From positions 76,818,001-76,882,000 of the forward strand of contig NC_135805.1 in assembly GCF_964213995.1 (NCBI RefSeq): DNA of 64,000 nt, written 5' to 3'. Positions 1 through 12,618 of the stretch are shown here, piece by piece; within the stretch, counting starts at the first letter, position 1; every line of letters starts with the position of its first letter. Made by a program: the position numbers and the translations under genes. Source of the DNA: Mustelus asterias. Lineage: Eukaryota. The notes below the pieces were generated by a model. The model was not told the DNA's origin. It searched no databases and was given only the letters and a program-made list of their open reading frames with translations.

Positions 1-393
1 TCTGGTGTGCTCCATGTGCCTATCCAATAACCGCTTAAATGTTCCTAAAGTGTCTGACTCCACTATCACTGCAGGCCGTCCGTTCCACACCCCAACCACT
101 TTCTGCGTAAAGAACCTACCTCTGATATCCTTCCTATATCTCCCACCATGAACCCTATAGTTATGCCCCCTTGTAATAGCTCCATCCACCCGAGGAAATA
201 GTCTTTGAACGTTCACTCTATCTATCCCCTTCATCATTTTATAAACCTCTATTAAGTCTCCCCTCAGCCTCCTCTGCTCCAGAGAGAACAGCCCTAGCTC
301 CCTCAACCTTTCCTCATAAGACCTACCCTCCAAACCAGGCAGCATCCTGGTAAATCTCCTCTGCACTCTTTCCAGCACTTCCACATCCTTCTT
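1..393 (-). mobile_element. CR1/HER1-type LINE 3' fragment (runs off the window edge)
   Basis: Nearly the same sequence as the CR1 copy at 22520-23240. The reverse strand encodes the QRRFTRMLPGLE C-terminal region of CR1 ORF2. Confidence 0.9.
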
Positions 394-1999
394 GGCACTA
401 CTTCACTCCTCACACTCACAGCTTGCACATTGCCAACTATTTAACCATGACAGGCACATTGCCCACACAAATTGCACCACACTCAAATTCCTCTCTCCTG
501 ACAAGATGATGCATAACCAGAAGCAGCAGGAACTAACCAGCAGGAAACAGGTATGCCGTATGTCCTTACTGTCTGGGGGAGAGAGTAATCACCATTGCTG
601 AGACTGTGAACAATAAAAAGGCTGAACTTTCAAAGACAATGGTATCCTCATATCCAATCTTCCTTCGCATTTCCCACTTTTCTCTTATCCCACAATCTTT
701 TCAAATATACAAGTTGAAGTTTATGTAAGAAAGCTTATCTCCCTATGATTTTGCCTTTCTCCTTTCAGATACATGAGATTTTGAACTCTGGCCAGACGAA
801 ATGGTGAAATATAAGTTGGAAGTTCAGGAAGAAAGCAATGAAGAAAAAACACCATCATTCGCTCTCATGGTTGCAGTCACCTGATCAGATTCTGATACAC
901 TGTATAATCGAGGATAGCTTAGAGATGGGATTATAGTGAGACAATGGGTATAAGTGGCCTGCAACCAGGGGACAGGAGTAGCACAGGCACCCACTTGTTG
1001 AAGGTAAGGTTGCTCATAAGTTTTGCTGCAGAGGACTTAAGTGAGCACCTTGTTAGGATAGGCTAACTGATAGAAGACTGATGAGCATATAAAATTAGAT
1101 CTTTGGCACATTATCAGGTCTTCTAGAAAATCTGTGTGCAGTATCAAGGGGCAGGGAGGAGTCTGGTATTAATATGGCACAGGGCTTTGTCAGAGCTTAG
1201 AGATAATCCTTTGCAGCATGGAACTGATGCCTATTTCCATTAGCACACTTGTGTGCCCAACCATGATGCAACATCTGATGGTTGATGTCTCAGGTTCCTG
1301 GGCAACTCAAAGCAAAGACACCCAATATTTGGGTGCTGCAGTAGATGCTCAGACTTCTGTAAAGTCAGCTCAGCCTTAGCTTGTTGCTATCACAGCTGCT
1401 GATCCCAGTGTTCAAAGAGGCCTGCACAGCTGTCCAGCAATTTGTCCTCTAAAGCATTCCCAGCTTAACTGAGGCACCACCCTAATGGAGTGGCAATGGC
1501 TCTGTGGAGCATAAAACTGCTGTCCATTCTCAGGATGATGGCATCCTTCTTCCCACAATGTCAACTCAGCTTTATATTTGTTTGTCAACCAATTAGCCCA
1601 GATTGCTGCTGCTCATGTTGAAATGGTGCAGTCCAAAACAATGCAGGTCTTCTCGGGCCAGAGCTGTTTGTGGTCACCCTGCAAGGCTATCTGCAATCTT
1701 CCTCACTGAAACTCAACAGTCTTCCATCAGAGATGCAGCCCATTGGAGAAGCACTGTGCACAAGCACTTGGATGGGCAGAGGCGCATGGAAGGCAGACAC
1801 ACAAGTGATTCATTGACTTGTGTATGCAATATGGCAGTTGTTTGATTTATAAATTTGTGTTGGCTTTTACTTTTTGCATTGTGGCTAGGCCACAATGTCC
1901 CTGACAGCAGAAAGGTAGGATGGGGTGAATGGGGAATGGGCGAAACATTTGCTGGCATCACAGTCGGATGTGTCAATCACAGATAACTAATCCATTAAG

Positions 2000-2090
2000 G
2001 GAAAACATTGGAAATTTTCAGAAGGTCTGGCAGCATTTGTGGAGAGAGAAACAAAACTAACATTTCAGGTCTGTAACCTCTCATCAGAAC
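2000..2090 (-). repeat. Left arm of an old fold-back (PLE-derived) repeat containing a hammerhead motif
   Basis: Inverted relative to 7145-7260. The reverse strand of 2056-2090 reads gtt-CTGATGA-g-aggtt-aca-gacct-GAAA-tg-TT-agt. Confidence 0.65.
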
Positions 2091-2739
2091 ATAGGGCTCG
2101 ATTTTACCATCAAGCTGCGCTCATTTTCGGGCGTGAAAACTTGTGAAAGTTGGGTGTGAGGCGAGTAGCGCGATCCGTGCCTGCGTCCTCACCAGTTCCC
2201 CCTTTACAAAGGCCTGAAAATGGATGCAATTGGATATTTGTATGTATTTAAATTGACTCAACTTTACCAGGAATTCACCCTTTACCACTGTGTTCGCCAA
2301 TCCGGAATCGGTGGAAACGGACATGCTCAATAAAAGTCTGATTCGGGCGCTCCATCAGTGAGGGTTAGTGAGGAGGTAAGTGCGAAGCATCCGATGGCTC
2401 TCTGCTGCTTACGGGTGTCCTTTCATTGTGGCCATTTTCTTTCTCAGGTTGGTGGGGGCTCTGCGAGTGCGTGGGGAGGTGGGGGGGGGGGGGCTGTTGC
2501 TCAGCAGGGTCTCCGATGTCCAATTTGCAGCACGGACCCGGGTCTCAGCACTGACCTCGTGTCTTGTGGTGCTGCTGGGTCCTAGTGCACTCAGCACTCT
2601 GCCAGCTGAAGGATGTGCACAAAGCACTTGGAAATTCCACTGCTGCAGCCTCTCAACTTTTCAAGGAACTGTGATTGTGGGGAACATGTGACTGGGGGAA
2701 TTGAGAGGGCTGTGATTGTGGGGAACATGTGGTTGGGGG

Positions 2740-4136
2740 AATGGGCAGTATGGACAGTGACTGCTGATGGGCTAGTGGCAAGCTGCAGCAAGCCCGGTGG
2801 GGGCCGCAGGAGAAGGAGGGAGCAGAGACCCCGGCAGTTCTGTGCATGAGTGTCATTTGAACAGATGTCGGACACCGTGTTCTGCCGATGTCTCCGCCTC
2901 CGAAAGGAGACAGTGCAACACCTGTGCCACTTGTTGCAGGACCTGGCACCTAGAGGCGGTGGGGGGGGGGGGGGTGGTGAGGGTGTGCACCCACTCTCGG
3001 TGCTGTTAAATTGACATCAGCTCTGAACGTTTATGTGACTGGCTCCTTCCAGACCCCGAGCGGAGATGTCGGTGGCATCTCCCAATCAGCTATGCACACC
3101 TGTGTCAAGCCGGTCACAGAAGTCCTGTATGCCCGGGATGGGCAGTACATCGAATTTAAATTGGGCCAGGCCCATCAGGAAGCCCGGGCTGTAGGGTTCG
3201 CAGCCATCACGGGCATGCCTAACGTGCAGGGGGGTCATCGACTGCACCACGTCGCCCTCAAGGCCCCGAATGAGGCATGCGAGGACAGCTAGGGATGCCC
3301 TGATCACCCAGTTGGTTCAGTGGCTAGGGGCTTGTGTCTGTGGGTTCCATCCCCCATCCCCATCCAAGTCCTTCTATCTCCTACAGAATCCATGGAGATT
3401 CATCAACAGAAAGGGGTTCCACTCCCTGAATGTTCAACTAGTGTGTGACCATAGTATGAACATTATGCACGTCTGTGCAAGACACTCAGGCAGCGTGCAC
3501 AATAGATTCATTGTCGGGAGCTCGGACACCCCGGACACATTTGAGGAGGAGCCCAGGCTGCGGGGGTGGATTGTGGGTGATATGGGTTACCCGCTTTGGA
3601 CATGGCTGATGACGCCTGTGCAGAGGCCTGTGTCTGAGGCGGAGTCGTGCTATAATGAGGCCCATGTAGCCACCCGTGCGATAGTGGAGAGGTGCACAGG
3701 GCTCCTTAAAATGAGATTCCAGTGCCTGGACCGATCTGGTGGAGCCCTCCAATACAGCCCTGTGATCTCTTCCCGCATTGTGGTGGTGTGCTGTGCCCTG
3801 CACAACCTGGCTCTGCAGAGAGGTGACCTATTGGAGGAGGAGGACGTGGAGGCTGACCAGCCGGGCATCGCTGGGGAGGAGATCACTCAGCAGGAGGAGG
3901 AAGAAGAAGAGGAGGAGGAAGAAGACGAAGAACACGCCTTGGAACCCCACCCAGGCACTGGAGGGCTGGCAGCTCGAATGAGGCATGCGAGGACAGCAAG
4001 GGAGGCCCTGATCACCCAGTTGGTTCAGTGGCTAGGGGCTTGTGTCTGTGGGTTCCATCCCCCATCCCCATCCAAGTCCTTCTATCTCCTGCAACATTGT
4101 CACACCAGAATGGTGGGCCTGGGTACGCTGCGTTAA
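2740..4136 (+). pseudogene. Harbinger (HARBI1-like DDE) transposase, disrupted
   Basis: Motifs seen: LNVYVTGSFQ, GISQS, QG(VID)CTHVAL (frameshifted), NRKGFHSLNVQLVCD, GDMGYPL..WLMTP, YNEAH..TR..VER..GLLKMRF.CLD and CCALHN. It carries a stop, frameshifts and a 116-bp insertion. Confidence 0.92.
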
Positions 4137-4599
4137 CGAGTTTTTTGGCAGTCAGGAGGGTGATGACGACTCGCTGAGCACCATGATGATGATGCTCTGG
4201 TGCAAACTAGTCTGACTCCTACCTGAACTCTGCATGCACGCTGGCACCTGGGCATATGTCTGTGTAGTGAGTAAGGGATCTGAAACCCCCATGCAGGGCC
4301 CTGGGGCGGGAATCGCTCGTGGGTTCTGGGGAACCAATAGCTTCCTTTTCTCAATGACGCAGCATTGAGGGGCCTCCCCAACTGACATCAACATGAAGCA
4401 TCCCTCCGGTGATCATCAATTGAAGAGGATTCCTTTTCGAGACAAATCTGTCACAGGTGGGTGGTGAAAAAACATTTAATAATTGTAATAAAGGTGTTTA
4501 AATAATAAGTTCAAACATAAAAACTTGTGAATGGAAAACATTAAGGAGCTTAAATATCTATTTAACAAGTGCAGCCCTTCACCCGTGCCATCTCAGTGC

Positions 4600-6912
4600 A
4601 ACTACAACTTCCTAACCTTACATGGCCTACCACTGTGTCTCAGTGACTCCCCAGAATGTATATCGGAGGTGGAGGGGGCCAGCTGCCTACCTCACCCTGT
4701 GGCCTGTGATGTGTGTGGCGGGCATCCTCTGGAGGCCCTGAACCTTGAGGGCCCTGGCCTGCTTCCAGGTGTCTGGGATGTTTTCATGACACCCTCTTCA
4801 TCCCGCTGCCCCTGAGATGCCCCGGTGTGAGGCAGGGGGAAGTCAGAAAGTGTAGCCACAGTCACAGTCTCCTGGCTGAAAGGCCCCGGCATGGGCCCCG
4901 AGCCCTTCCTCCTCCCTTGGGGTTCCTGTGGGCCGGCGGTGCTTCTGCAGTGAGCTCCAGATGCTCCGGCATTACCTGGCGCTGCCAGTCCTGGAGGACG
5001 ACCTGCGTCCTACCCATGGTGGTCGAGCCCTCTGTGATGGCCACCTGAGTCGGGGGCCACCTGTTAATGGCCACAGCAAGTGCCCTCTGAGACTGGGCCA
5101 CGCTCTGCAGCCCTTCAGCATGACCCTTTGCGATTGGGCCATGTTCTAAAGGGCTGCTGCCGTAGTCCGCTGTGTCTCAGCGCTGTCCCGCTGGGTCCCC
5201 TACAAGCTCTTGAGCCTCTCAGCCATGGGCCGCAGAATCTCGAGAAGCTTGTTCAGTCCTTCAGCTGTAGCCTACTGTGACTCAGCCATCGCTTGGAGCC
5301 TGACACTCATGGTGAGGATCCCCTGCCCCAGGCTTTCCACTGCAGACGCCACCCTTGCAGTGTTGGCCTGGGAAGCACGCAAGATAAGCAATAGCTGGAC
5401 CACCTGAAAGCTTTGGGACTCCTCCCAACAGCCTCGTAGTTGGTCCAGTGTGGCCATCAGCCCCTCCTGAATTCCCTGGCTCTGTTGCTGCATCTCCAGC
5501 AGCTGAGGGAGAAGTGATCTCAGAGGCCCAGCATGTAGCCTGGGGCCAGCTGAGTCCTCTCTTCCAGCAGGCTCCTGCATGCCAGAGGCCTCGGATGTTC
5601 CCTCCTCCACCTGATGTACATTATCAGATGTGTCGTGCTCACCAGAGAGTGACCCAGAAGCCTCACCACTAACTGGACCCACCGACATGTCAGTATCTGG
5701 GATGGTGAATTGTGAAGTGGAAGCTGACGCCAAAACTGTGCCACCCTCGGAGGTCCCTTCACCCATATCCTCCGAGGACTCATCCGAACTGTCCTGAACA
5801 GGATGGGCGGTAGCTGCAGCAGGGGCCTGGAGTCCACAAGGCCCAGGGGCATCTGGATCTGTCCCTGCAACGCAGGACACAAGGTTAAGTGCAAGGGCGG
5901 GTGAGGAGGCCAGGATGCCAAACACGTGATTCACATTTCTCCATTGAACATGGAACAAAACACCAAGAAAATTACATCACAGGAACAGGCCCTTCGGCCT
6001 TCCAAGCCTGCAGAGACCAGGCTGCCCATCTGATCTGTTACCCCCTACCCTTCCGGGGACCATATGCCTCTATCCCCATCCCATTCTCGTAACTATAAAG
6101 ACACCCCTTAAAGGTCACAGTCGTATCTGCCTCCACAACCCCCCCGGCAGTGAGTTGTGGGCACCCACCACTCTCTCTGTGCAAATAAACATGCCTCGTA
6201 CATTTCCTTTAAACCTTACCCCTCACACCCAAAACTCATGTCCCCGAGAAGTTGCTTCAAAGTGAGTGGAGGAAGGACAGGTGCTCACGTCTTGACAGTA
6301 GCCCGACCATGGTGTCACTGACAGCCCGCATCACCCCTTCCCTTGAGAGCTCCAGTGCCCGCTCCTTAAAGGGGGTGAGGACCCGGAGGTCTGGCTCACC
6401 ACCCCCTGTCTTCGCCCTCTCTTTGTTGTTATGGTTGGTCTTCTCCTGTGGAGACAGAAGGAGCCATGAAAGAAATGATGGCGTGACTACTGCAGAGTAT
6501 CAGGTGGTGGCCCTTAGAGAGCAAGCACAATAGGGTTCATTAGGGGAACAGGAAGGAGGTGCTTGGGGGTCAGGAGCTGGATGCGTGCAGGGTGCTGGGG
6601 ATGGGAGGATCTGGGGAAGATTTTGGGGGAAGGGGCTAGATGGGGTTAAGCACTCGCCCTTGCTACCCGCATGAGAGCTTTGACCTTTTTGCGGCACTGC
6701 TTCCCGGTTCGGGCACTGACCGAGGAGGTGACTGCCTCCCAGGCTGCATTTCCATCAGCCCCCCTGAGTCTGTGTCCTCCTGGGGGGGGGGGGGGGGGGG
6801 GGGGGGGAGGAGGGGGTGGGGGGGGGAGGGGGTAGGGGGAGGGGGGGGGAGGAGGGGGTGGGGGCGTGGGGGGACTATCCGGCCCTGGAGGGATGTGGCA
6901 GGGGAGACACAT
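4600..6912 (-). pseudogene. Harbinger Myb/SANT-like DNA-binding gene, three exons, disrupted
   Basis: The exon 1 remnant reads AWEAVTSSVSARTGKQCRKKVKALMRVAR. Exon 2 (6445-6289, ccacag|...|gtgag) reads EKTNHNNKERAKTGGGEPDLRVLTP. Exon 3 starts at 5864 (ttgcag|), in phase with the 5272-5958 ORF, and continues through stops to a basic C-terminus near 4600. Confidence 0.85.
5945..6250 (-). mobile_element. CR1 3'-end fragment inside intron 2 of the Harbinger Myb gene
   Basis: aggcccttcggcc...cccaccactctctctgtg...ctttaaacctt resembles the CR1 3' ends at 22430-22630 and 52140-52400. Confidence 0.75.
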
Positions 6913-7144
6913 TCTATCATTTTTTTTCTGCGCATGCGCAGCTGGAGGCGCCGATCGGAGCTGCAGGATTTAAGGTGTGTTAAGCCCCGCCCACAGGCTT
7001 GTGCAGCGCGATTCGGAATCGCTGCTATTTTTTCAGGCAGAGTGTGTATGGGGGCGCCTGAGGACGGGTCTAAAAGTCAGATCTGAAACACTCCCAGTTT
7101 CAAGTCTGCCAACACTTAGAATCAAAAATGGTAAAAGAGGGCCC

Positions 7145-7260
7145 ATTGACCTGAAACCTTAATTCTGTTCCTCTCTCCACAGATGCTTCCTGATTTGTTT
7201 AGCATTGTCATCAACTTTGGTTTTCATTTCAAATATCCAACATCAGGAGCATTTTGCTGT
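7145..7260 (+). repeat. Right arm of the fold-back repeat split by the Harbinger
   Basis: gacctgaaaccttaattctgttcctctctccacagatgct is the inverted counterpart of 2025-2072. Confidence 0.65.
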
Positions 7261-7269
7261 CCATATTAC

Positions 7270-8546
7270 TGTCCAGAAAAGGGCTGGTGTCTTCCCCTCT
7301 TCTCCCTCCTGTGGTTCAGCTCCTTGTCATATAGTTGGTGGCAAGGGCTGGGCCCTCATGATGATGAAGTTGTGCAGCTTTCAGGAGATCATCAGAAATC
7401 TTGACATGAGCTCTACAAAATACTACAGGACTGCTTCAGTGTGCGTCAAACAGCAGAAGTGCTGTTTAAGCACCCCAATGAGCTACTCCATCACATTTTG
7501 TATGGCAGTTTGGGCTTCATTCTGTGCATGCTGTGCGTAAGCTGCACACTGACGTCATGTCATGAACCCTAACCTAAAAGAATAAACCTTATTACCCAGT
7601 AGCTAACCTCTGATTTTCTGTGGAATCACAAATGCAGATGGTACAGCAGAGTACTGCAGAGTGGAAGCATCATGAATACTGCCAGGGTACTGCATGATAT
7701 TTAATGTGTGGTCGCACACCAGCTGGATATTAGGAAGTGTATTCCTTTCAATTGTGGTACATCTCAGGGTTGACATGTGCTGCCCACAAAGCAACGTGCA
7801 TGCAGTTAATGGCACCCTCTATCATGGGGAAGACTGCAATCTTTGTGAAGTCATGTGCACTCTCTTCCAAGACATATTCATCTCTCTTGGAATACAGAGG
7901 CTCAGTGATCCCTCTCAGGCAATAGTGGATGGCGAACTGCAGAAGTCAGGTAAGATCATTGGATACCCTGTGCATTTGCATCCTCTCCTCCTGCTGAGAG
8001 CCATTCAACCCCTCTCCTCTTCCCCTTCTCATCTCCAGCAGTTTTTCCTGCTCTGTGTCACAACTGCTCATTTTTCCTGTGCTGCAGTGTAGACCAAGGC
8101 GAATGCAAACTATAGCACCCATGTCACAGAACACAGTGTGTACAGAATCTTTGAAGTCAGAACAAAGTCCTTCAGCATGTGCCACACCACTCCCTGTAGA
8201 TGTCAGCAATGTTAAACAACTTTGAGAACCAGTGAACACTTTTACAACTAACCTGCAATTTGTTGATATTCCCTCTAAGTGGCTTCTCTGCTGCTGAATA
8301 TGTGTTTGGCTGGTGTTTAGGGAAGGGTGGTAGTTTGAGTGTGGACCTCCAAAGTGGTGCCAATTCAGCGGTACACGCTGACTGACATCAAGATTTGCAT
8401 ACGCTTTATACCTCCAGCAGATCCTCACTGCATGGGTGCCAACAACCCCACCAAGTCTGCACGTGCACTGCAGATTCCATTTTTGAGTCAAAACGGCACT
8501 TGTAGCACCAAGAAAATGTGCACTGAAGCACTGAATTTTGTGCCCA
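7270..8546 (-). mobile_element. Older degraded Harbinger (transposase remnant and one end)
   Basis: Reverse-strand peptides GAINCMHVAL and NIQLVCDHTLNIMQYPGSIHDA; TIR-like aattttgtgccc near 8545. Confidence 0.75.
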
Positions 8547-8924
8547 TCATGTTTTCCTATGACATGGTTTTAATATTTGTGTTACATCTGGCATTGCATA
8601 CGTTAAATTGTACTCACCAATAAAATGTCACATCAATGGGTGACTCCATTGATACGACCTAGGATGATTTATAATTCTATTTTTGCTCAGATGTGCATTC
8701 TAAACTGAAAGTACTCAGAGTTAAAGGTCATATTCATCCTCTGAGAATTCAACAATGACCTCAAACATATCTTTAGCTGACTCAGCCATATTAAATGAAA
8801 CAGTATCTAAAAAGCACAAACACATTCTTTCCAAAGGCCACAAAGGATAATTTAGCAGGAAGTGACCTGTGTTCTGATCTCTTGTTTACAGTTACAAAAT
8901 GATGGTCAATTTTGTGAAAAGATA

Positions 8925-9190
8925 ATACAAGAACACAAGAAATAAGAGCAGGAACAGACTATACAGTCTGTATAACCTGCTCCGCCATTCAATTTGATCA
9001 TGGTTGATCCTGGCCTTCAATTCCATTTTCCTCTTGGCTCCCTATATCTCATAATTCCATTCTGCATTTAACAATGGAAGCTTCGAGAACCCTCTGGAGT
9101 GAGAATTCTAAAGATTCACAAACTTTCAGTGAAATAATTTCTCCTCATTTCAGTCCTGAATGATTGGCTCCTTACCCTGAGACAATTGTC
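8925..9190 (-). mobile_element. Degraded CR1 3' fragment
   Basis: Degenerate (acaagaa)n tail followed by a 3' UTR resembling 59385-59450 plus 61151-61300. Confidence 0.65.
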
Positions 9191-9239
9191 ATCCAGTGGT
9201 GACAAAAGATCCTCCAGCCACTCAGCAGGAATCTTCTAA

Positions 9240-10126
9240 TGTAATGGCCCAATTGGTCACACAGGTTCCTTTCTTCCCCCAGGTCCCACTCTCTGGCTCC
9301 TTGTGTGGAGTTAAGTAAGGTTTTTTTAAAAACTCCTGTTCTCTGCAGTTGTAAGTAGATCTTTTTCAGTTTGGTTTCATTGCTGCCAAGTATCTATGAG
9401 GGGTCTTTTTATTGCTCCATCAATAGCTTAAATGGGGCCTGTTTATTTTAACTCTGGGTTGTTTTACGATCCTGCATTGTTAGGAGGATTGTCATGTGTT
9501 TTTGGATGGTTTTTCTTTTCTTTCCAGTAAGTTTAAGGTTTAATTTTCTGTTTGGCTGCAGTTGGAGTTGAGTTTTAGAAGGGACAGCAAACTGAAAAGA
9601 AGTCTCTCTCTCTCCATGGTTTTGGAAATTCTGCTGGTTATCTGAAAGTAAGATCTTGCCTTTCTGAAGGGGGAATCTGCTGTTGGTGACTGCCTAGAGT
9701 CCCTGAAACTGTTCTGACTTCAACCTGTTCTGAATCTATCCAGAGAACTGCAGACTTCATCCAAAGGACTCACGTCCAGTATCACGTGAGCATTGGTCTT
9801 TGCAGTGTTAAACCTGTGAAAAGGGTCTTTTATCTATGGGATTGGTTTGATTGGAATACATTCGATAGATTTGTTAAGGGTTATACATTAAAGTGGTTGT
9901 TTTGTTTCTTATTTGTAATTGATAAGAGTTCTTGCTAATGTTCTTATTATACACGTTAACTATATTCTTAAATAAACTTTGTTTGATAAAAATTCCCTAG
10001 TGGGTCATTTGAATCATACCTGCAGTGAAACATATCATGCTTATCCTATCCAAATTCAAGATGCAAAACTTATGATCCAGGCGGGCTCCATAAAATGCTT
10101 TGGAGTTTCTGACCTGAACCATAACA
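9240..10126 (+). mobile_element. Solo-LTR-like sequence (~887 bp)
   Basis: Begins tgtaatgg and ends ccataaca (TG...CA with a short terminal inverted repeat). AATAAA near 9971. No TSD visible. Confidence 0.6.
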
Positions 10127-10129
10127 TTT

Positions 10130-10660
10130 GCTACCCCCAGATCCTGCTCTTCAGATCCTTGCTTTCCCCAGGCCTTGCTCCCTGGCCTCTTGCTTTTCCT
10201 GACTCCTTGCTTCACCAGGGTCTCGATTCATATGTGTGGACCGCTCAGGTGGTTCTCTGCAATATGCACTGGAGAGGGTTCCTGCATGATCAGTTTGCTG
10301 TGCTTTTCACAATTTGGCTGTGTAAAGAGATGAATCTTCCACAGAAGGACTAGAGAATGGAGTGTGAGCAAGATGACAGATGGGATGGTGGTGATGTGAA
10401 AATGTCTATGAGAGAATGAGGGTTGATAAGTGTCCCACATTAATGGATGTGTGAGATCTGTGAAAAGCATTGCTGTTTGAGTACATGATGCAATGCTAAG
10501 AGTTTAATAATGGAGGGAATTGAGAGAGGACTTACCCTGGTGGAGAGGATGAGATCATTCATCTGCTTCCTGCACTGCATGATACTTCTGGCGAGGTTGC
10601 TAGTCGCGCTGACCACCTGGGCAATGGTCTCCCAGGCTGGGGTGGGTGGGGGAGGTGGAG
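10130..10660 (-). mobile_element. Degraded Harbinger Myb/SANT gene remnant
   Basis: The reverse strand of ~10537-10645 reads PAWETIAQVVSATSNLARSIMQCRKQMNDLILSTR|gtaag, the same motif and splice position as the Myb exon at ~6660-6745. Confidence 0.7.
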
Positions 10661-11767
10661 GTTGGCAGATGTGGTTGGTGTGCTAATACTCCAACTACAG
10701 AAACAATTACCCTTATTAATGACTTAACATAACCAATAATCCCACTCTACATGTGTAAATTGAAACAGCACTTTCTCCACAGGAATACAGTCTTCATAGA
10801 AAACCATCCACAGTCACTCCCAGCTTCCAGTGGGTTAAGTTCTCTTCAATTCAATGAGTTGCAATGTCCCATGACCATTATAAGGTTTTTGATAAATTCC
10901 CAAATCAACTACCAGAAATTCCTTTTCCTGGTCATGCTAGAACAAATCTTTAAGTGTCTTTAGATTTCCATGGTATGCATCTCTTCAACTTGAGACTGTC
11001 CTCCCTTTCACATTCTGCTAACCATGTTGGTCGCAGCCTTTTGTCTCTGAGAGCTGTCGCTCTCTCTCACTTTGTCTCTTTTTCTGACTAAAAACTCAGA
11101 CAGAAAATTCATGCCTTTGGTGTGAACATCTTGCACCTTTATTCTCAGTGAGTCTCAACCTGGGCCCCGGGTCTGCAAGGTAACCAAGCCACAGAGGTTT
11201 CTTGTTAGACAGAGCTCATAGCAGACCACATATTTCTCTGTTCAGTACTCCATTTTATCTTGAATTTAAAATACAGTCAAAAACATAACCATTTTATAAA
11301 ACCTTGCACTCATAACAAGAGCTGTAGGAGGTCAGAGTTCAATGAAAGTTTGCTGTTCATGCTGAAGGAGATGATACATTGCCATGTCCATCTGCCTGGA
11401 TTGCTTCAATCTAACAAGTCATTCCTTCTCTATCAGAGTCTAGCAACTAGTTCCAAGGCTGCACAGCATCCCAACTTCCCCTAGCCACATTTTGCTCAGT
11501 ATGTGTGTGTTCTTTTGCCTTGACTCTGCCTGTTTGGAAACACAATACGTTATCAATTACAATAGCAACATTCTAGTAGTATCATTCCCTTCTGTAAAAG
11601 TAAACTTGCCTGAAGAAATCCTACATTCCAATTTATTTTTGCCAGTAGAGATCAGAAAGAAAATGTATTAGATGTTTTTAATTGGAAATAGTTAAAATTG
11701 CAATATAAACTAATGTCGATTGATTGTTATTATATTGTTGGAATTGGCAGAAATTAACGTAAACAAT

Positions 11768-11914
11768 GGGTGGAATTTTCTGGCTGTTCTTGCCGGCAGG
11801 ATCTTCTACGGCGGCAAGATCCCGCCACGTGTTTCCTGGTGGCAGGGGTGCATAGAACGGGAAACCCCAATGTTGGGCTGCCTACATGGGGCGAGGGGGT
11901 GGAAAATCCCACTC
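11768..11914. mobile_element. Harbinger-type MITE (~147 bp)
   Basis: Ends gggtggaattttc / gaaaatcccactc; flanks aat/aac. Confidence 0.65.
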
Positions 11915-12421
11915 AACAGGTCCTATTTTAACTCTATGCAAATAGATGAACCTTGAGTGAGTTGTAATCTTGCCCATTAACTCTGTTTCTCTCTCCACAG
12001 TTGAGTGTTTTCACCATTTTCTGTTTTTTTCCCCCCAGTTGTTCCCTATCTCCCTTAGCAGGTACCTTCATTTTATTGAACAGCTTAATCCGCTTACCAC
12101 ATAAAGTCCTCATCTCCAGGAAATATAATCCAAGTAACCCAGTTCCTGAATACAGATCAGTCTCCAAGGCCAGTGTATACTTCCTAAGATGGGAAACCCA
12201 AAAATAAAAGGGAATGTGTGAAACTGAGTTCTCCCCTAACCGAGACAGAATTTCATAATACTTTGTTGTCTTTAGATTCTAAACTCTAAAGTTAACAAGC
12301 CTGACACCTGTTTGCTTATTTCTTCCACTTAAAAACTAATTTTTCTCAGCTATCTATCCCTTAAATCCCATTGCTTATCTATTCCCTCTAACCCACCATG
12401 TTCACAATTATTTCAATTTAA

Positions 12422-12618
12422 AATCCCTACAGTGCAGAAGGAGGCTGTTTGGCCCATCAAGCCTGCACCGACAACAATCCCACCCAGACCCATCCCTGTA
12501 ACCCTACGTATTTACCCTGCAAATCTCCCTGACATTAAGGGGAAATTTAACATGGCCAATCACCCGAGTCCCTGGCGCAGTGAGGCAGCAGTGCGAACCA
12601 CTGTGCCACCATGCTGCC
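12422..12618 (-). mobile_element. HE1-type tRNA-derived SINE, internally deleted
   Basis: Head and tail match the complete copy at 22629-22964; the middle is missing. Confidence 0.8.

Larger units (their letters stand above)
2094..7144. mobile_element. PIF/Harbinger DNA transposon, ~5.05 kb, defective, with two convergent genes
   Basis: The TIRs are gggctcgattttaccat and atggtaaaagagggccc (14/17 complementary). The flanks are ata/att (imperfect 3-bp TSD). It contains a DDE transposase (+) and a Myb/SANT gene (-). Confidence 0.92.

Noticed and set aside
400-1980. Possible very old Harbinger Myb-gene remnant
   Set aside because: Only a vague resemblance; I could not recover a convincing peptide or termini.
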